Shown one piece after another: positions 1 through 11,474 of a stretch of DNA of 50,029 nucleotides. Position 1 is the stretch's first letter. Each line of letters begins with the position of its first letter. Made by a program: the position numbers and the translations under genes. This DNA comes from Candidatus Omnitrophota bacterium. GTDB taxonomy: Bacteria > Omnitrophota > Gorgyraeia > Duberdicusellales > 4484-171. Location of the stretch: positions 1-50,029 of the forward strand of contig QNCE01000002.1 in the NCBI GenBank assembly GCA_003644405.1, given 5' to 3'. The notes beneath the pieces are model-generated. The model did no database searches, had not been told where the DNA came from, and saw nothing but the letters and a program-made list of their open reading frames with translations.

Positions 1-52
1 AGTGATAAATTTAAACTAAAGGTAATGTCGGAACAAATATATGCTTTTTGGA

Positions 53-77
53 CTCCGCTTCCAGCGGAGATTTGTTT
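53..77 (+). terminator. Candidate intrinsic terminator hairpin upstream of secE
   Basis: 7-bp stem CTCCGCT/AGCGGAG (53-59/63-69) with a 3-nt loop, followed by TTTGTTT. Stop codons at 3-8 probably end the upstream gene. Confidence 0.35.
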
Positions 78-145
78 CGACTCGCCCCAGGCCTGAGTTT
101 AGATAAGATTGGTTAAGAGATGTTTCAAGGAAATAATGAAAAAAG

Positions 146-340
146 ATGTTTAAACGAATAAAAAAATTTCCTCGCTTTTTAAAAGAAGTAAGGGAAGAGT
201 TAAAAAAAGTTAATTGGTCATCACGAGAAGAACTAATAACTGCTACTGTAGTAGTAATCATTGCCTCAGTTATTCTTACTTTATATATCGCAGGTATTGA
301 TGCTATTCTTACTAAAATAATTCAAGGTTTTTTCAAGTAA
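146..340 (+). CDS. secE: Preprotein translocase subunit SecE
   Basis: 64 aa with a basic N-terminus and a single C-terminal TM helix (ATVVVIIASVILTLYIAGIDAIL). Canonical position directly upstream of nusG. Confidence 0.85.
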   Translation: MFKRIKKFPRFLKEVREELKKVNWSSREELITATVVVIIASVILTLYIAGIDAILTKIIQGFFK

Positions 341-343
341 AAA

Positions 344-871
344 ATGAAGAAGTGGTATATTGTACACACCCTCAGTGGAGCAGAAGAAAAGGCAAAAGCA
401 AATTTAGAAGCAAGGATAAAGGCATTTAATATGGGGGAGTTAATAGATAGAATAATTATTCCTAAAGAACAGATAACGGAGGTAAGGCTAGGGAAAAGGA
501 GGTTATTAGAGAGAAAATTTTTGCCAGGATATATCCTTATCCATATGGAAATGAATGAAGATAGTTGGTTGTTTGTGAAAAAAACTCCTGGGATAGCCAG
601 TTTTATCGGTCCAAGTAGAAAACCTCTTCCTATACCTGAAGAAGAAGTGGATAAAATACTTAAGAAAGCAGAAGAAAGTAAAAGTAAACCTGCCCCAAAA
701 GTTACCTTTGAAAAAGGAGAAACAGTAAGAGTAGTTGAAGGTCCTTTTGTTAATTTTACTGGAGTAGTAGAGGAAGTAAATACGGAAAAAGGTAAATTAA
801 AAGTCAGTGTCTCTATTTTCGGAAGAACTACACCTGTGGAGTTAGAGTTCTGGCAAGTGGAAAAAAGTTAA
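344..871 (+). CDS. nusG: Transcription termination/antitermination factor NusG
   Basis: 175 aa. N-terminal KWYIVHTLSGAEEKA NGN motif and a C-terminal KOW region (GETVRVVEGPFVNFTGVVEEV). Confidence 0.95.
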   Translation: MKKWYIVHTLSGAEEKAKANLEARIKAFNMGELIDRIIIPKEQITEVRLGKRRLLERKFLPGYILIHMEMNEDSWLFVKKTPGIASFIGPSRKPLPIPEEEVDKILKKAEESKSKPAPKVTFEKGETVRVVEGPFVNFTGVVEEVNTEKGKLKVSVSIFGRTTPVELEFWQVEKS

Positions 872-874
872 GTT

Positions 875-1312
875 ATGGCTAAGAAAAAGAAAAAACCAGT
901 AACTCAAATCAAACTTCAGATTCCTGCAGGAAGTGCTAATCCTGCTCCTCCAGTAGGCCCTGCTTTGGGTCAACACGGAGTGAATATTATGCAATTCTGT
1001 AAGGCATTTAACGATGCTACAAAAGGGAAAGAAGGATTAATTCTCCCTGTGGTAATAAATGTTTACGAAGATAAAAGTTTTGATTTCATTATTAAAAGTC
1101 CTCCTGCTTCAGTGTTATTGAAAAGAGCAGCTAATTTAGCTAAGGCAAGTGGGCAAGCAGGGAAAGAGATAATTGGTGAAGTTACTAAAAATCAAATAGT
1201 AGAGATCGCTAAACAAAAAATGGCAGATTTAAATACTACCGATTTAGAAAAAGCAATAAAGATTATTGAAGGTACAGCAAGAAGCTGTGGAATAAAAATA
1301 AAAGAAGAATGA
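875..1312 (+). CDS. rplK: 50S ribosomal protein L11
   Basis: Matches L11 sequence ([30 protein letters not shown]). Confidence 0.97.
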   Translation: MAKKKKKPVTQIKLQIPAGSANPAPPVGPALGQHGVNIMQFCKAFNDATKGKEGLILPVVINVYEDKSFDFIIKSPPASVLLKRAANLAKASGQAGKEIIGEVTKNQIVEIAKQKMADLNTTDLEKAIKIIEGTARSCGIKIKEE

Positions 1313-1992
1313 AGAGAGGGAAAAGGTATTTACAGGCAACTCAGACTTTGGATAAAAGCAAAACCCATTCTATAGAAGAGGCAATAGAAATTTTGAAAAA
1401 GATGCCTCCTGTAAAGTTTGATCAGACGGTAGAAGTGACTTGTCGATTGAATGTAGACCCTAAAAAATCAGATCAAATGGTAAGAGGTTCCGTAGTGCTT
1501 CCTCATGGCACAGGTAAAAAAAAGAAGGTTTTGGTTTTCTGTGAACCTGAGAAAGAGAAAGAAGCTCAAGAAGCAGGAGCAGACTACGTAGGAGGACAAG
1601 AGTTGGCAGATAAAATTCTTAAAGAAAATTGGTTAGATTTTGATTACTGTATCTCTACTCCTCAAATGATGAGGATAGTAAGCAAATTAGGAAGAATACT
1701 TGGTCCTCGTGGGCTTATGCCTTCTCCTAAAGTAGGAACGGTAACGGAAAACATAGCTTTTAGTGTGAAGGAAGCCAAAAAAGGTAAGGTAGATTTTCGT
1801 GTAGATAAAACAGGTTGCGTTCACGCAGGGGTAGGTAAAATTTCTTTTTCTACAGAGAAGCTAAAAGAAAATATTGAGGCGTTTTTAAATGCTCTAAAGA
1901 ATGCTAAACCACAAAATATAAAAGGGGAATTTATAAAATCAGCGCATCTGTCTTTATCTATGAGTCCTAGTATAAAAATTGATGCCAAATGA
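1309..1992 (+). CDS. rplA: 50S ribosomal protein L1
   Basis: 227 aa with L1-like sequence ([26 protein letters not shown]). 4-nt overlap with rplK. Confidence 0.97.
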   Translation: MKRGKRYLQATQTLDKSKTHSIEEAIEILKKMPPVKFDQTVEVTCRLNVDPKKSDQMVRGSVVLPHGTGKKKKVLVFCEPEKEKEAQEAGADYVGGQELADKILKENWLDFDYCISTPQMMRIVSKLGRILGPRGLMPSPKVGTVTENIAFSVKEAKKGKVDFRVDKTGCVHAGVGKISFSTEKLKENIEAFLNALKNAKPQNIKGEFIKSAHLSLSMSPSIKIDAK

Positions 1993-2528
1993 TAGCTAAA
2001 AAAGTAGGCTTACTTTTTCGGGAAAGAATTGTTGAGGAAATTAAAACAAAAATCTCCCAATCACAAGGCTATCTGTTTATTGGTTTTAATAAACTTAAGG
2101 CATTTGCTTTTAATCAATTAAGAAATGAGTTGAGAAAGACAAACGCCATTATTTTTGTTTCCAAAAATTCCCTTATTAAGAGGGCTTTGCAAGAAATAAA
2201 CGTAGATGATTTTAACGGTTTTTTAAAAGATTCTACAGGACTGGTATTTATATTTGATGAGGATATAGTTAAAGTTTGTAAGATTTTAGTTAATTTTAGC
2301 AAGGAAAATGAAAACTCTATGATTTTAAAGGGAGGTTATTTAAAGGAGAAAAGGATAGAAGAATCCCAAATTCTAGAATTAGCAAAATTACCTCCACGAG
2401 ATATCCTTTTAGGAATGGCAGTAATGAGCTTGGCTTCTCCTTTAACTGGGTTTCTCAATAGTTTAAATCAGGTTATTCTAAAATTTGTATGGGTAGTGGA
2501 AGAATTAAAGAAAAAGAAAAGTAGCTAA
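1989..2528 (+). CDS. rplJ: 50S ribosomal protein L10
   Basis: 179 aa. Sits between rplA and rplL and has an L10-like N-terminal domain. Confidence 0.9.
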   Translation: MIAKKVGLLFRERIVEEIKTKISQSQGYLFIGFNKLKAFAFNQLRNELRKTNAIIFVSKNSLIKRALQEINVDDFNGFLKDSTGLVFIFDEDIVKVCKILVNFSKENENSMILKGGYLKEKRIEESQILELAKLPPRDILLGMAVMSLASPLTGFLNSLNQVILKFVWVVEELKKKKSS

Positions 2529-2541
2529 AAGGGAGGTAAGT

Positions 2542-2916
2542 ATGTCAAAGGTTGACGAGGTATTAAAAATATTGGAAGAGATGACGGTAATGGAACTTTC
2601 TGAGCTGGTAAAGAAGTGTGAAGAAAAGTTTGGGGTAAAAGCTGCTGCTCCCGTAGTTGCCGCAGGAGTAGGTGCTGCACCAGCTCAAGAAGAAAAAGAG
2701 GAAAAGACATCCTTCACAGTAGTACTTACCAATGCTGGATCCAACAAAATTGCAGTAATTAAGGAAATAAGAGCAATCACTGATTTAGGATTAAAAGAAG
2801 CCAAGGAATTAGTGGATTCCGTTCCTAAACCTGTAAAAGAAAATGTCTCTAAGGAAGAGGCAGAAGAAATTAAAAAGAAATTAGAAGCAGCAGGAGCTGG
2901 TGTAGAGTTAAAGTAA
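2542..2916 (+). CDS. rplL: 50S ribosomal protein L7/L12
   Basis: 124 aa with an Ala/Glu-rich hinge and the C-terminal domain sequence [20 protein letters not shown]. Confidence 0.96.
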   Translation: MSKVDEVLKILEEMTVMELSELVKKCEEKFGVKAAAPVVAAGVGAAPAQEEKEEKTSFTVVLTNAGSNKIAVIKEIRAITDLGLKEAKELVDSVPKPVKENVSKEEAEEIKKKLEAAGAGVELK

Positions 2917-2950
2917 TAGGAGTTTAGAACGCTTGTAGAGGAGCGAAAAA

Positions 2951-5900
2951 ATGAAGTGGGTAAAACGAGAGTATTTTTCCAAGAGTAAAAAAGATACTTA
3001 CATGCCTCACTTTTTAGAACATCAAATTAATTCTTTTAAAGAATTTCTCCAGATGGATGTAGTCCCTGAAAGAAGAAGAAATGTTGGTCTTCAGGAAACC
3101 TTCAACGAAATTTTTCCTATGGAATCTCCTGATAAACAGTACCGACTAGAGTTTGTATCTTACTCTTTAAGTAGACCTCGATATACCCCTGAAGAGTGTA
3201 AGCGTCGTTCGCAAACTTACTGTGCACCTTTAAGGATAAGATTGCGTTTACTTGGTCCTTCTAATACAATTAAAGAACAGGAAATCTACTTAGGTGATAT
3301 TCCTTTGATGACTGAAGTGGGATCTTTTATTATCAATGGGGATGAAAGGACAATAGTATGTCAACTTCAGCGTTCTCCAGGAGTATTTTTTGAAGAGGAA
3401 GCTCATCCTATAGGAAAAAGGATATATTACGCACGGATAATTCCTTATCGAGGGTATTGGTTAGAATTTAGGTGCGATATTCACGATACTATTGCCGCAA
3501 TTATTGATCGCAGAAAAGTATTTCCTGCTACACAGATCTTAAGGCTTTTAGGACTTTCCGCTAACGAAGATATTTATAAGGCTTTTTCTGATAAACCCTA
3601 TCCAGAAATTGTAAATACTGTAAAAAAAGATCCCACCAAAAATCAAGAGGAAGCATTTCTAGATTTCTATAAGCGAATGAGACCTACCGAACCTGTTACT
3701 TTAGAAGCGGCTAAAGAAGTATTCCGAAGGATGTTCTTAGATCCTCGAAGGTACGATTTAGCTAGAGTGGGACGATACCTTCTTAACAAGAAACTCAACA
3801 TGAATGTATCTCTGAATAAACGAAATTTAGATTTAGAGACTGTAGTAGAAATACTTAAGAATCTTTTGAAAGTTAAAAATGGAGAAAAAGAGGTTGATGA
3901 TATTGACCATTTAAGTAATCGAAGGGTGAAATTAATTGGAGAGCTTCTTCAACATCAGGTAAGAGTTGGTCTTTTTAGAGTAGAACGTACTTTTTTGGAA
4001 AGATGCTCTTTAGTTTCCTCTGCTGATTTTTCCATCCAACATCTTATAAACTCCCGTGCCTTCTCTATGCAAATTCATGACTTTTTTGCTCGAAGCCCCC
4101 TCTCTCAATTTATGGATCAAACTAACCCTCTAGCAGAGATTACTCATAAACGGAGACTCTCATCTATGGGGCCAGGTGGATTATCTCGAGAAAGAGCAGG
4201 TTTTGAGGTAAGAGACGTTCATCCTTCTCATTATGGAAGAATTTGTCCTATTGAAACCCCTGAAGGTCCTAACATTGGTTTACTTACTTCTTTAACTACC
4301 TATGCAAGGATTAACCCCTTAGGGTTTTTAATTGCTCCTTATCGGAAGGTAGAAAATAAAAGAGTATTAGACAAAATAGAATATCTTACTCCTGATGAAG
4401 AAGAAAATAGAATGATTGCTCAGGTAACGCCCAATATTGGAGAAGATGGAAAGATAAAAGATAAAGAGATATATTGTCGTTACAAAGGAAAATTCCCTAA
4501 AGTGAAACCAGAAGCAGTAGAGTGCATGGATGTTTCACCTAAACAGATAGTTTCTGTTTCTGCCTCTTTGATTCCCTTTTTAGAACATGACGACGCCAAC
4601 CGTGCTCTTATGGGATCTAACATGCAGAGACAAGCAGTGCCTTTACTTTTTACCGAAGAACCTATTGTAGCTACAGGAATGGAAGAAAAAGTAGCTAGAG
4701 AATCAGGAGCAGTAGTGGTAGCAAAAGAGTCAGGGTACATAGAGGAAGTAGATGCCGAGCATATCAAAATTGGTAAATTTATTTATCATCTAAAAAAGTT
4801 TAAACGTTCCAATGCTGATACTTGTATAAGACAAAGACCTTTAGTTAAAAAGGGTGACTACGTAAGAAAGGGTGACATCATTGCTGATGGAATGGCGACA
4901 AAGAATGGAGAGTTAGCTTTAGGAAGAAACCTTTTAGTAGCTTTTCTTCCTTGGAGAGGGTATAATTTTGAGGATGCTATAGTAATAAGTGAACGGTTAG
5001 TAAAAGAAGATATCTTAACTAGCCTCCACATAGAAAGGTTTGAGATAGAAGCTCGAGAGACTAGATTAGGAAACGAAGAGTTAACCAGGGATATCCCTAA
5101 CGTAAGTGAAGAAGCCTTAAAAAATCTTGATGAAAATGGAATTATAAGAATTGGCGCAGAAGTGATGCCTGATGATATCTTGGTAGGAAGAGTAACTCCT
5201 AAAACAGAAAAAGAACTTTTACCTGAAGAGAGGCTACTTAGAGCGATATTTGGAGAAAAGGCAGCTGATGTAAAAGATACATCTTTAAGAGTGCCTCCAG
5301 GAGTATATGGAGTAGTTATTAATGTAGAGGTATTTCAAAGAAAAGAAAGAGGTAGAAAATCCAAAAAAGAAAAGACCGAAGAATTGAAAAAACTAAAAGA
5401 GATTGAAAAATACTATCAAGAGGAGAAGGAAATTATAGAGAAAGAAAAAATGAGAAGAATCGCTGCGCTTTTAGGTAAGAGCGAAGATAAGATACGTAAG
5501 AAAGATTTAGAGGATAATGAGGATGCAAGAGCTATACTCAACATTTATGAGAAGCGTTTAGAAGAACTAGAGATAGAGAAAGAACTAGAGATAACAAAGA
5601 TTAAAAAGGGTGACGAACTTCCTGCAGGAGTATTGAAGAGAGTTGTAGTCTACGTAGCTATGAAAAGGAAGATTTCTGTGGGAGATAAACTCTCAGGAAG
5701 ACATGGAAATAAAGGAGTAATTGCCAAAATCCTTCCTGAAGAAGATATGCCTTTCTTAGAAGATGGAACTCCTGTAGATGTAATACTTAATCCTTTGGGA
5801 GTACCTTCCCGAATGAATGTTGGGCAGTTGCTGGAAGCTCACCTTGGTTGGGCAGCTCATAAGTTAGGGATAAAGGTAGCTACTCCTGTATTTGAAGGAG

Positions 5901-6370
5901 TAAAAGAGGAAGAGATAAAAAATTTGCTTAAAAAAGCTAACTTACCCGAGGACGGAAAGACTATTTGCTATGATGGTTATACAGGAAAACCTTTTGCTCA
6001 AAGGGTTACTGTAGGTTATATGTACATAATGAAGCTTATTCATATGGTAGATGATAAAATCCATGCTCGTGCAATTGGACCTTACTCTTTAATTACTCAA
6101 CAGCCCTTGGGAGGAAAAGCACAGTTCGGAGGGCAACGTTTTGGAGAAATGGAGGTATGGGCTCTAGAAGCTTACGGGGCTGCGTTTACCCTTCAAGAGA
6201 TTCTTACTGTTAAAAGTGATGATGTTGAAGGAAGAACACGAATTTATGAAGCTATTGTAAGAGGAGAACAAAAATTTAAACCTTCGGTTCCTGAATCTTT
6301 CAATGTTCTAATGAGGGAATTGCAAGGTTTATGTTTAGATATAAGAGCAGAAAAGGAGTCTAAGCTATGA
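2951..6370 (+). CDS. rpoB: DNA-directed RNA polymerase subunit beta
   Basis: 1139 aa with conserved motifs NMQRQAVPL and [13 protein letters not shown]. Confidence 0.98.
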   Translation: MKWVKREYFSKSKKDTYMPHFLEHQINSFKEFLQMDVVPERRRNVGLQETFNEIFPMESPDKQYRLEFVSYSLSRPRYTPEECKRRSQTYCAPLRIRLRLLGPSNTIKEQEIYLGDIPLMTEVGSFIINGDERTIVCQLQRSPGVFFEEEAHPIGKRIYYARIIPYRGYWLEFRCDIHDTIAAIIDRRKVFPATQILRLLGLSANEDIYKAFSDKPYPEIVNTVKKDPTKNQEEAFLDFYKRMRPTEPVTLEAAKEVFRRMFLDPRRYDLARVGRYLLNKKLNMNVSLNKRNLDLETVVEILKNLLKVKNGEKEVDDIDHLSNRRVKLIGELLQHQVRVGLFRVERTFLERCSLVSSADFSIQHLINSRAFSMQIHDFFARSPLSQFMDQTNPLAEITHKRRLSSMGPGGLSRERAGFEVRDVHPSHYGRICPIETPEGPNIGLLTSLTTYARINPLGFLIAPYRKVENKRVLDKIEYLTPDEEENRMIAQVTPNIGEDGKIKDKEIYCRYKGKFPKVKPEAVECMDVSPKQIVSVSASLIPFLEHDDANRALMGSNMQRQAVPLLFTEEPIVATGMEEKVARESGAVVVAKESGYIEEVDAEHIKIGKFIYHLKKFKRSNADTCIRQRPLVKKGDYVRKGDIIADGMATKNGELALGRNLLVAFLPWRGYNFEDAIVISERLVKEDILTSLHIERFEIEARETRLGNEELTRDIPNVSEEALKNLDENGIIRIGAEVMPDDILVGRVTPKTEKELLPEERLLRAIFGEKAADVKDTSLRVPPGVYGVVINVEVFQRKERGRKSKKEKTEELKKLKEIEKYYQEEKEIIEKEKMRRIAALLGKSEDKIRKKDLEDNEDARAILNIYEKRLEELEIEKELEITKIKKGDELPAGVLKRVVVYVAMKRKISVGDKLSGRHGNKGVIAKILPEEDMPFLEDGTPVDVILNPLGVPSRMNVGQLLEAHLGWAAHKLGIKVATPVFEGVKEEEIKNLLKKANLPEDGKTICYDGYTGKPFAQRVTVGYMYIMKLIHMVDDKIHARAIGPYSLITQQPLGGKAQFGGQRFGEMEVWALEAYGAAFTLQEILTVKSDDVEGRTRIYEAIVRGEQKFKPSVPESFNVLMRELQGLCLDIRAEKESKL

Positions 6371-9300
6371 TTGAAGAAAGTGCTTTTTTTGATCGTATAA
6401 GTATAAAGTTAGCTTCCCCGCAGATTATTAGAAGTTGGTCTAGTGGGGAAGTAAAAAAAGCAGAAACTTTAAATTATCGAACGCTTAAACCAGAAAAAGA
6501 CGGACTCTTTTGTGAAAAAATTTTTGGTCCGGTAAAAGACTGGGAATGTCACTGTGGAAAGCTTAAGGGCATAAAATTCAAAGGGTTAAGGTGTGACCGT
6601 TGTGGAGTAGAAGTTCTGCATTCTTCGGTAAGAAGACAACGAATGGGACATATAGAGCTGGCTAGCCCCTGCGTACATATATGGTTTTTCAAAGTAATTC
6701 CTTCAAGGATAGGAGCTCTCCTGGATTTGAGCGTTAAAGAATTAGAAAAGGTAATTTACTATGAGGAGCATATAGTAATTGATCCTCAGGATACCCCTCT
6801 AAAAAAGAAACAATTGCTTAACGAAGATGAATACCAGAGGGCACTAAAAGAGTACAAAGGAAATTTTAAAGCGGATATAGGAGCACAAGCAATTAGAGAA
6901 CTTCTCAAAGAAATAAATTTAGATAAATTGAGTAGAGAAATTAGAAAGGAAGTGCAAAATAATCGAACAAACAAAAGACTCTTAAGAAGACTAAAAATTA
7001 TAGAAGATTTTAAACGCTCGGGTAATCGTCCAGAATGGATGACTTTAGAGGTTCTCCCGGTGATTCCTCCTGATTTACGACCTCTTGTTCCTTTAGAAGG
7101 AGGAAGATTTGCTTCTTCTGATTTAAACGATTTATATCGAAGAGTAATTAACAGAAACAATCGTTTAAAGAAACTTATCTCATTAGGAGCTCCTGAAATT
7201 ATAATTAGGAATGAGAAAAGAATGCTTCAGGAAGCAGTAGATGTTCTTATAGAGAATGGTCGTCACGGCCGTCCAGTAATGGGTCATCAGAATAGACCCT
7301 TAAAGAGTCTTTCTGATATGCTCAAAGGTAAGCAAGGCCGTTTTCGTCAAAATCTTTTAGGAAAAAGAGTAGATTATTCAGGAAGAAGTGTAATTGTTGT
7401 TGGTCCGGAGTTAAAACTTCATGAGTGCGGAATACCTAAACAGATGGCTTTAGAACTTTTTGAACCTTATATTATAAGAAAATTAAGAGAGAAAGGGTTC
7501 GTCCATACTATAAAAGGTGCACGTCGAATGGTAGAACGGGCAAGAGTGGAAGTTTGGGATATTTTAGAAGAAGTAATAAGAGGTCATCCTGTGCTTTTAA
7601 ATCGTGCACCAACTTTGCATCGTCTCAGTATTCAAGCTTTCTTTCCTAAGCTAATTGAAGGCAAAGCAATCAAACTTCATCCCTTAGTTTGTGCACCATT
7701 CAATGCTGATTTCGATGGGGATCAAATGGCAGTTCATGTACCTTTGTCATTAGAGGCACAGTCAGAGGCAAGAATTATTATGCTTTCTGTAAATAATATA
7801 TTCTCTCCTGCCGATGGTCGTCCTATCATTACTCCCAGCCAAGATATGATTTTAGGATGCCGCTATCTCACTTTAGAAAAGAGTGGTGAGAAGGGAGAAG
7901 GATTGGTATTCTCTTCATTTGATGAAGCAATCACTGCCTATCAAGATGAAGAAGTTGCTCTTCATGCTAAAGTTAAAGTTCGAATTCAGGAAAATGAAGA
8001 AAATAAAATTATTGACACTACTGTAGGAAGGATAATTTTTAATCAAATCTTGCCTAAAGGCTTTGGGTTTGTTAATGAAGTTTTAGATAAAAAGAAAGTA
8101 GCTAATATAGTAAGTGAGTGCTATAAAAGATTCGGTCATCATGCTACTATAGTTTTACTAGATGCTTTAAAAGACATTGGCTTTGAATATGCTACCTTAG
8201 GGGGGATTAGTATAGGAATGGACGATTTACAAATTCCTCCTCAAAAACAGGATTGTGTTCAGGAAGCAAATGAAGAATTAGCTAAGGTAGAGGAACAGTA
8301 TAGAAAAGGAATAATCACCGAACGTGAGCGTCATAACAAAATTATAGATATATGGACAAAAACTACAGACAAAGTTTCTGATTTAGTTTTCAAAAATTTG
8401 GATGATTTTAATCCTATTTATATGATGGCAGACTCAGGAGCTAGAGGTTCTAAATTGCAAATTAGACAGTTAGCAGGAATGCGGGGGCTGATGGCAAAGC
8501 CATCAGGAGAGATTATTGAAAACCCAATTATTTCTAATTTCCGAGAAGGATTAACAGTTTTAGAATATTTTATTTCTACTCATGGAGCAAGAAAAGGATT
8601 AGCAGATACTGCTTTAAAGACTGCCGATGCGGGTTATCTTACTCGACGATTAGTAGATGTTGCTCAAGAAGTAATTGTAGTAGAAGAGGATTGCAAAACA
8701 GTAAATGGGATAACTGTTTCTGAAATTGTAGAAGGAGACGAAGTAGTAGTTCCTCTTAAAGAAAGAATTATAGGAAGGGTGGCATTGGATAATATTGTGG
8801 ATATAGTTACCGATGAAATTATTGTAAAAGCAGGAGAGGAAATAACCGAAGAGAAAGCAGAAAAGATAGAAAGATTAGGGTTAGAAAAAATAAGGATTAG
8901 AAGTGTTCTTACCTGTGAATCAGAAAGAGGTGTATGTGCAAAGTGTTACGGAAGAAATTTAGCTACAGGTAAAATGGTAGAAATAGGAGAAGCGGTAGGA
9001 GTAATTGCTGCTCAATCCATAGGAGAACCAGGAACTCAGCTTACCATGAGAACATTTCATATAGGAGGTACAGCATCCCGAGTTGCCGAACGTTCGTTCA
9101 TTAGAAGTAAGGAGGAAGGTTACGTTAAGTACCATAACTTGAAAGTAGCTCCCAAAGGAAAAATGTTTGTAGTTTTAAATAGAAATGGTATGGTGAGTAT
9201 AAACAACGAGAAAGGAATTGAGCTTCAAAGAAATCCTATCCCTCAGGGAGCATTTATCTATGTAAAAGAAGGAGATTGGATAGAGAAAAACAAAATTTTT

Positions 9301-10332
9301 GTAAGATGGGATCCTTACTCTTCTCCTATCCTTACCGAAGTCTCTGGGAAAGTAAAATACGAAGATATCATTGATGGAGTTACTATTCAAGAGGAGATGA
9401 ATTTAACTACAGGTAGAAAAGAAAGGGTAGTTATAGAATTTAAAGGTGATTATCATCCTCAGATAATCATCCTTTCAGAAAAAGATGAAGTTTTAGGTAT
9501 CTATCCTTTACCTACAGGAGCACATATAATGGTAGAGGAAAATCAAATTGTGGAGGCTGGAGATGTAATAGCTAAAACTCCTCGGTTAGTAGCTAAAACC
9601 AGAGATATTACTGGAGGTTTACCACGAGTAGCTGAGCTTTTTGAAGCACGCCGACCTAAAAATCCCGCTATTATAAGTGAAATAGAGGGGTTCGTAGAAT
9701 TTAAAGAAGAAAAGGGAGAAAAAAGAATAATTGTAAGAAGCCCTACAGGAATGAAAAGAGAATATACTATTCCTCAAGGAACCCATCCTATTGTCTACCG
9801 AGGAGATAAGGTAACTGCTGGTCAACAGCTTACCGAGGGACCTATCGTTTTACAGGATATTCTTAGAGTATGCGGAGACAAAGTTCTTCAAGAATACTTA
9901 GTTAACGAAATACAAGAAGTATACCGTTTACAAGGAATAAGAATTAACGACAAACACATAGAACTTATTATAAGAGAGATGCTTAAGAAAGTACGGATAC
10001 TAGACCCAGGAGATACTTCTTTTCTTCCTGGCGAAGCAGTAGATAAGTGGGATTTTCGCAAGGAGAATGAAAAGATAATTAAGAAGGGAGGAAAACCTGC
10101 TACTGCCTCACCACTCCTTTTAGGAATTACCAAAGCTTCTTTAAGCACAAAGAGCTTTATTTCTGCAGCTAGCTTTCAAGAGACTACTCGGGTGTTGGCA
10201 GAAGCAGCTGCTAGTGGTAAAGTAGATGAGTTAAAAGGGTTAAAAGAAAATGTTATCGTAGGGCATCTTATTCCTGCAGGAACAGGATTAAAGATCCATA
10301 GAGAAATAGAGGTGGAAAAATGCCAACAATAA
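6367..10332 (+). CDS. rpoC: DNA-directed RNA polymerase subunit beta'
   Basis: 1321 aa. Has an N-terminal Zn motif (CHCGK...CDRCGVEV) and the catalytic [12 protein letters not shown] motif. 4-nt overlap with rpoB. Confidence 0.98.
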   Translation: MIEESAFFDRISIKLASPQIIRSWSSGEVKKAETLNYRTLKPEKDGLFCEKIFGPVKDWECHCGKLKGIKFKGLRCDRCGVEVLHSSVRRQRMGHIELASPCVHIWFFKVIPSRIGALLDLSVKELEKVIYYEEHIVIDPQDTPLKKKQLLNEDEYQRALKEYKGNFKADIGAQAIRELLKEINLDKLSREIRKEVQNNRTNKRLLRRLKIIEDFKRSGNRPEWMTLEVLPVIPPDLRPLVPLEGGRFASSDLNDLYRRVINRNNRLKKLISLGAPEIIIRNEKRMLQEAVDVLIENGRHGRPVMGHQNRPLKSLSDMLKGKQGRFRQNLLGKRVDYSGRSVIVVGPELKLHECGIPKQMALELFEPYIIRKLREKGFVHTIKGARRMVERARVEVWDILEEVIRGHPVLLNRAPTLHRLSIQAFFPKLIEGKAIKLHPLVCAPFNADFDGDQMAVHVPLSLEAQSEARIIMLSVNNIFSPADGRPIITPSQDMILGCRYLTLEKSGEKGEGLVFSSFDEAITAYQDEEVALHAKVKVRIQENEENKIIDTTVGRIIFNQILPKGFGFVNEVLDKKKVANIVSECYKRFGHHATIVLLDALKDIGFEYATLGGISIGMDDLQIPPQKQDCVQEANEELAKVEEQYRKGIITERERHNKIIDIWTKTTDKVSDLVFKNLDDFNPIYMMADSGARGSKLQIRQLAGMRGLMAKPSGEIIENPIISNFREGLTVLEYFISTHGARKGLADTALKTADAGYLTRRLVDVAQEVIVVEEDCKTVNGITVSEIVEGDEVVVPLKERIIGRVALDNIVDIVTDEIIVKAGEEITEEKAEKIERLGLEKIRIRSVLTCESERGVCAKCYGRNLATGKMVEIGEAVGVIAAQSIGEPGTQLTMRTFHIGGTASRVAERSFIRSKEEGYVKYHNLKVAPKGKMFVVLNRNGMVSINNEKGIELQRNPIPQGAFIYVKEGDWIEKNKIFVRWDPYSSPILTEVSGKVKYEDIIDGVTIQEEMNLTTGRKERVVIEFKGDYHPQIIILSEKDEVLGIYPLPTGAHIMVEENQIVEAGDVIAKTPRLVAKTRDITGGLPRVAELFEARRPKNPAIISEIEGFVEFKEEKGEKRIIVRSPTGMKREYTIPQGTHPIVYRGDKVTAGQQLTEGPIVLQDILRVCGDKVLQEYLVNEIQEVYRLQGIRINDKHIELIIREMLKKVRILDPGDTSFLPGEAVDKWDFRKENEKIIKKGGKPATASPLLLGITKASLSTKSFISAASFQETTRVLAEAAASGKVDELKGLKENVIVGHLIPAGTGLKIHREIEVEKCQQ

Positions 10333-10697
10333 TACAACTTATAAGAAAACCAAGAAAAACAAAAAAAAGACGTTCTAAATCTCCTGCTTTAGGAAGTTGT
10401 CCTCAAAAAAGAGGAGTATGTATTCAGGTAAGAACAATGACTCCTAAAAAGCCTAACTCCGCTTTGAGAAAAGTAGCTAGGGTAAGGCTTACCAATGGAG
10501 AAGAAGTTACTGCTTATATTCCGGGAGAAGGTCATAACTTGCAAGAACATTCTATCGTTTTAGTAAGAGGAGGGAGAGTAAAAGACTTACCCGGAGTAAG
10601 GTATCATATTGTAAGGGGGACTTTAGATACCCAGGGTGTTCAAAATAGAAGGAAATCAAGATCTAAATATGGAACTAAACGACCTAAAGGTAGTTAG
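10320..10697 (+). CDS. rpsL: 30S ribosomal protein S12
   Basis: Starts [10 protein letters not shown] and contains [16 protein letters not shown]. Its start overlaps the rpoC 3' end by 13 nt. Ends in TAG. Confidence 0.97.
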   Translation: MPTIIQLIRKPRKTKKRRSKSPALGSCPQKRGVCIQVRTMTPKKPNSALRKVARVRLTNGEEVTAYIPGEGHNLQEHSIVLVRGGRVKDLPGVRYHIVRGTLDTQGVQNRRKSRSKYGTKRPKGS

Positions 10698-10709
10698 GAA
10701 AGGAAGAAG

Positions 10710-11177
10710 ATGAGAAGAAGAAGAGCTCCTAAAAGAGAACCTCAAGTTGATCCTAAGTATGATTCTCCAATTATTGGTAAGTTTATAAATATTATTATGC
10801 GGGAAGGGAAAAAAACTATTGCTCAAAAGATTGTTTACCAAGCTTTTGATAAGATTCAAGAAAAATTAAAAGAAGATCCTTTAAAAGTATTCTTTTCAGC
10901 TTTAGAAAATGCTCGTCCTCGATTAGAAGTAAGACCACGAAGAATTGGAGGAGCTACTTATCAGGTACCTGTAGAAGTACCTAAAGAGAGAGGAATCTTT
11001 ATCGCCTTAAGGTGGATGAGAGATTTTGCAAGGAGTAAAAAAGGTAAACCTATGAGTGTAAAACTAGCTGATGAAATAATCTCTGCTTATAAAAATGAAG
11101 GGGCAGTAATCAAAAAGAAAGAAGATACTCATAAGATGGCTGAGGCAAACAGAGCCTTTGCTCATTTTAGATGGTAA
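10710..11177 (+). CDS. rpsG: 30S ribosomal protein S7
   Basis: 155 aa with the S7 motif [13 protein letters not shown]. Confidence 0.97.
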   Translation: MRRRRAPKREPQVDPKYDSPIIGKFINIIMREGKKTIAQKIVYQAFDKIQEKLKEDPLKVFFSALENARPRLEVRPRRIGGATYQVPVEVPKERGIFIALRWMRDFARSKKGKPMSVKLADEIISAYKNEGAVIKKKEDTHKMAEANRAFAHFRW

Positions 11178-11325
11178 ATAACTAGCTTCATTAAGGTAAT
11201 TTTGAACTCAAAATTTGCACCAGAGTTTTGAAAAGCTTTGTAACTATTCAAAATGTTGCAGTTGGACAGTAAAGCTTTATACCAAAAAGATACAAAGGCA
11301 AATCGCAGCCCATTTTTAATGAGCT

Positions 11326-11367
11326 GGACCTTCAACAGCCCTTTCAGAAGAAAGGGCTGGGTCCTTT
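11326..11367 (+). terminator. Strong stem-loop (possible rpsLG terminator or part of a structured RNA)
   Basis: 9-bp stem CAGCCCTTT/AAAGGGCTG (11336-11344/11351-11359), extended by GGACC/GGTCC (11326-11330/11360-11364) and followed by TTT. Confidence 0.3.
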
Positions 11368-11380
11368 GGACAAATTTTTT

Positions 11381-11439
11381 CCCGCCTGCTAAAAGCATAT
11401 GTAAGTATCGGCGGGCAGGCCTGCCTACCGTCAGGCAGG
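11381..11439 (+). other. GC-rich block of overlapping helices upstream of fusA (candidate leader or small RNA)
   Basis: CCCGCC/GGCGGG at 11381-86/11410-15. Perfect 12-nt palindrome GGCAGGCCTGCC at 11414-25. CCTGCCT/AGGCAGG at 11420-26/11433-39. Confidence 0.3.
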
Positions 11440-11474
11440 TAATGAAAAATTTGGGTTAAAATTTGAGGTAACAA

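Noticed and set aside
25-96. Possible tRNA (a tRNA-Trp normally precedes secE). The region has a T-loop-like TTCGACT at 76-82 and an anticodon-like hairpin at 53-69. A 23-codon ORF also lies here.
   Set aside because: The flanks of the TTCGACT loop (TTTGT / CGCCC) cannot pair as a T-stem. No acceptor stem complementary to GCCCCAG is present on either strand. The mini-ORF has no SD. The hairpin plus T-run is better explained as a terminator.
5335-5640. Lys/Glu-rich coiled-coil-like stretch in RpoB (..[31 protein letters not shown]..) as a possible foreign insertion.
   Set aside because: It lies in a region of the beta subunit known to tolerate lineage-specific variable sequence. The frame is continuous and the flanking conserved motifs are intact. 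There is no evidence of an intein or mobile insertion.
11178-11192. The sequence just after the rpsG stop (AATAACTAGCTTCATT) resembles the IS right terminus (ATATAACGCTTCATT), hinting at a solo IS end.
   Set aside because: The match is only about 13 of 15 positions with an indel, in AT-rich sequence. No partner end or target duplication was found. It is too weak to claim.
11326-11439. Identification of the GC-rich block as SRP (4.5S) RNA, 6S, tmRNA or RNase P RNA.
   Set aside because: It lacks the conserved SRP helix-8 motif (GGAA-type tetraloop with flanking AGCA/GGAA loops). It is too short for tmRNA or RNase P. No family-specific motif could be recognised by eye.
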